From Elusimicrobiota bacterium (lineage in GTDB: Bacteria; Elusimicrobiota; Elusimicrobia; Elusimicrobiales; UBA9959), in assembly GCA_036574205.1 (NCBI GenBank), contig JAINCQ010000028.1, positions 1 through 64,000 on the forward strand: 64,000 bases of DNA, given 5' to 3'. This document shows, one piece after another, positions 62,151 to 64,000 of the stretch. The notes under the pieces are model-generated. The model was not told the origin of the DNA. It searched no databases and was given only the letters and a program-made list of their open reading frames with translations. Every line of letters begins with the position of its first letter. Position 1 is the stretch's first letter. The position numbers and the translations under genes are program-made.

Positions 62151-62215
62151 TGTCTTTAGTCCTATTGCCAATATAGGCTTTAAGCCTTGACATGTCAACA
62201 ATTATCTGTTAGTAT
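62151..62215 (+). promoter_or_regulatory. Paired operator plus sigma70 promoter of the second C11 protease gene
   Basis: tgtctttagtcc (62151) - tattgccaatat - aggctttaagcc (62175), then TTGACA (62187) - 17 bp - TAGTAT (62210), with an extended -10 TG. Confidence 0.65.
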
Positions 62216-62231
62216 TAATTTAGGAGGCGTT

Positions 62232-63665
62232 ATGAAATTATTAAAGATTTTCTTAGCGGTTTTAATAACAACGAATTTAAATTTAGTTTCACAGGATTTT
62301 AAGGGGATTACCTCAAAGGAGATAAAAAATGTAGATGTCCCAATGCCCAATAAAGGGTTTGTGACAGATGTGGTTAACGCGGCAGGGCAGGTAATAGAAG
62401 AAGCAGGAAATATAATAAAAGATTATGCAATTGTAAATCCAGTTAGAGATTTGACGATAATGGTTTTTATAAACGCTAAAAATGATCTTGAATCTGCGGG
62501 ACTTTATAATGTAAATGATATGGAAAGAATTGGCTCAAATGATAAGCTTAATATTATAGTTGAGCTAGGCAGAATGAATGGGCAAAGCGGAGATACACAG
62601 GATGATGGAAATTGGATAGGCGTTAGAAGACTTCTTATTAAAAAGGATAATGATACAAAAAAAATAACATCCCCGATTTTATATTCCAAAACTGGAGCAA
62701 ATGTTTATGATATGGGGGATTATAAAAAGGTTATAGATTTTGTTAAATGGACAAAGAAAAAATTTCCTGCAAAAAGATATATGCTAATTTTATGGGATCA
62801 TGGCACGGGATGGCTTGATCCAAAGAAAAAAGAAGAAGCGGCAAATAAAGGAATTTCTTTTGACGATGAAACTGGAAACTATATAGCTACTGAGGAAATA
62901 GGAAAGATAGTCAAAGAAGTTGGTGGGGTGGATATACTTGCCTTTGATGCATGTCTTATGCAGATGGCAGAGGTGCTTACTGAGGTGAAAGATAATACAA
63001 AGGTTGTTATAGGTTCTGAAGAGGTTGTGCCTGGATATGGCTATCCATATGGATTGTTTCTTGATGTAATTTCAAAAAATCCAAATATGTCTAATGAGGA
63101 TATTGCAAAAGTTGTAATCGAAGCCTTTAAGGTTTTTTACGCGTATGTAAAACAACCTGCCATGCTCAGTGCGGTTAGATCAAATAAAATTTCTCGCTTA
63201 AACAATCTTATGTTTGAGTTTGCTAAAGCGGCTATGGCTGGTGATGAGATAGAAGCATTAAAAAAAGCAAGACAGGAAATAATAAGGTTTGATATACTTG
63301 GAGAAGACACCGATCCTGATAAGAATATATCTTTTTTTGGAGATATATATCAGTTTGCTGATATAGTATCCAGAAATATATCAAAAACTGATGATAAGTC
63401 AATAGAGCTTAAAGCAAAAGCTGAAGCACTTAAGAACTTTATAGTAAGAGAGTTAGTAATCTCAAGAGCTTCTTATGGCAATGAGAGAACTGGAAAATCT
63501 CTTGATATGGCATATGGGGTAAGTGCTTATTTTCCTCCAGTTCTTACTCAAATAACATCTGATAAGATAGATGGAATATTAAGGCAACCTTATAGAAATT
63601 TTAAGTTTGCAAAGGAAAGTGGCTGGGGTGATTTTGTAAAATTTCTATACGAGAAAGCAAAATAA
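62232..63665 (+). CDS. Secreted clostripain-family (C11) cysteine peptidase
   Basis: AGGAGG RBS, signal peptide, MVFINAKNDLE, ILWDHGTGW, FDACLMQ, GSEE. Confidence 0.9.
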   Translation: MKLLKIFLAVLITTNLNLVSQDFKGITSKEIKNVDVPMPNKGFVTDVVNAAGQVIEEAGNIIKDYAIVNPVRDLTIMVFINAKNDLESAGLYNVNDMERIGSNDKLNIIVELGRMNGQSGDTQDDGNWIGVRRLLIKKDNDTKKITSPILYSKTGANVYDMGDYKKVIDFVKWTKKKFPAKRYMLILWDHGTGWLDPKKKEEAANKGISFDDETGNYIATEEIGKIVKEVGGVDILAFDACLMQMAEVLTEVKDNTKVVIGSEEVVPGYGYPYGLFLDVISKNPNMSNEDIAKVVIEAFKVFYAYVKQPAMLSAVRSNKISRLNNLMFEFAKAAMAGDEIEALKKARQEIIRFDILGEDTDPDKNISFFGDIYQFADIVSRNISKTDDKSIELKAKAEALKNFIVRELVISRASYGNERTGKSLDMAYGVSAYFPPVLTQITSDKIDGILRQPYRNFKFAKESGWGDFVKFLYEKAK

Positions 63666-64000
63666 TTTTAAATTCGGTTTTGTATTTTGCTGATATGTGA
63701 GGGTTGGGAATTAATAATTTGAAGTGAAATTATTTAGTTGAAAAAAATATGTTTATTTATTTTATATAATAAGCTTATAGTAGTAAAATATTGTGTTTAA
63801 ATTTGTGCTAATATATATTCAATAAAATTATCTAGGGTATGAATGAAAAACAGATATGAGTAAATATAAGTGGAGCAAGTTGAAATTATTACAATTAGGA
63901 AAATATGCTGAGTACTTTGTAAAAATGGAATTTACTCTTTATTGTTTAAATTTGTGAAATCTAAATTGCTCTATAAATATAAAGAAGATAGTTAAGGAAA

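Noticed and set aside
63666..64000. AT-rich terminal region
   Set aside because: No ORF, repeat or RNA structure that I can support.

Overview
AT-rich bacterial chromosomal segment, mostly coded on the + strand, from a probable diderm anaerobe. The gene style suggests Elusimicrobiota, but this is inference only. Bases 1-19.3 kb hold a 5'-truncated giant (>5,077 aa) repetitive surface protein, a PQQ-propeller/Fn3 protein ending in a type IX secretion (T9SS)-like sorting domain, and a PorV-like beta-barrel. Housekeeping and metabolic genes follow: glmU, prs, PIN-PhoH, tpiA, tmRNA, tRNA-Cys, aspartate aminotransferase, pckA, ftcD, acyl-CoA dehydrogenase-etfBA, a histidine kinase, a CHASE2 cyclase, a macrodomain protein, a DEDDh exonuclease, hutH, hutU and mutS. 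Two clostripain-family (C11) proteases are also present. Main highlights: (1) a 2.6-kb island bounded by an 18-bp direct repeat, encoding a secreted protein with a mirror-symmetric cysteine ladder around a hydrophobic hairpin, plus small membrane proteins (candidate toxin-immunity system); (2) a paired DosR-like operator abutting the -35 box, shared by this island and both C11 protease genes; (3) HutH with Ala-Cys-Gly in place of the Ala-Ser-Gly MIO triad; (4) an RlmN-like radical SAM enzyme lacking the resolving Cys; (5) an atypical tmRNA tag; (6) a dispersed palindromic non-coding element. No CRISPR array, rRNA, integrase or transposase was seen.
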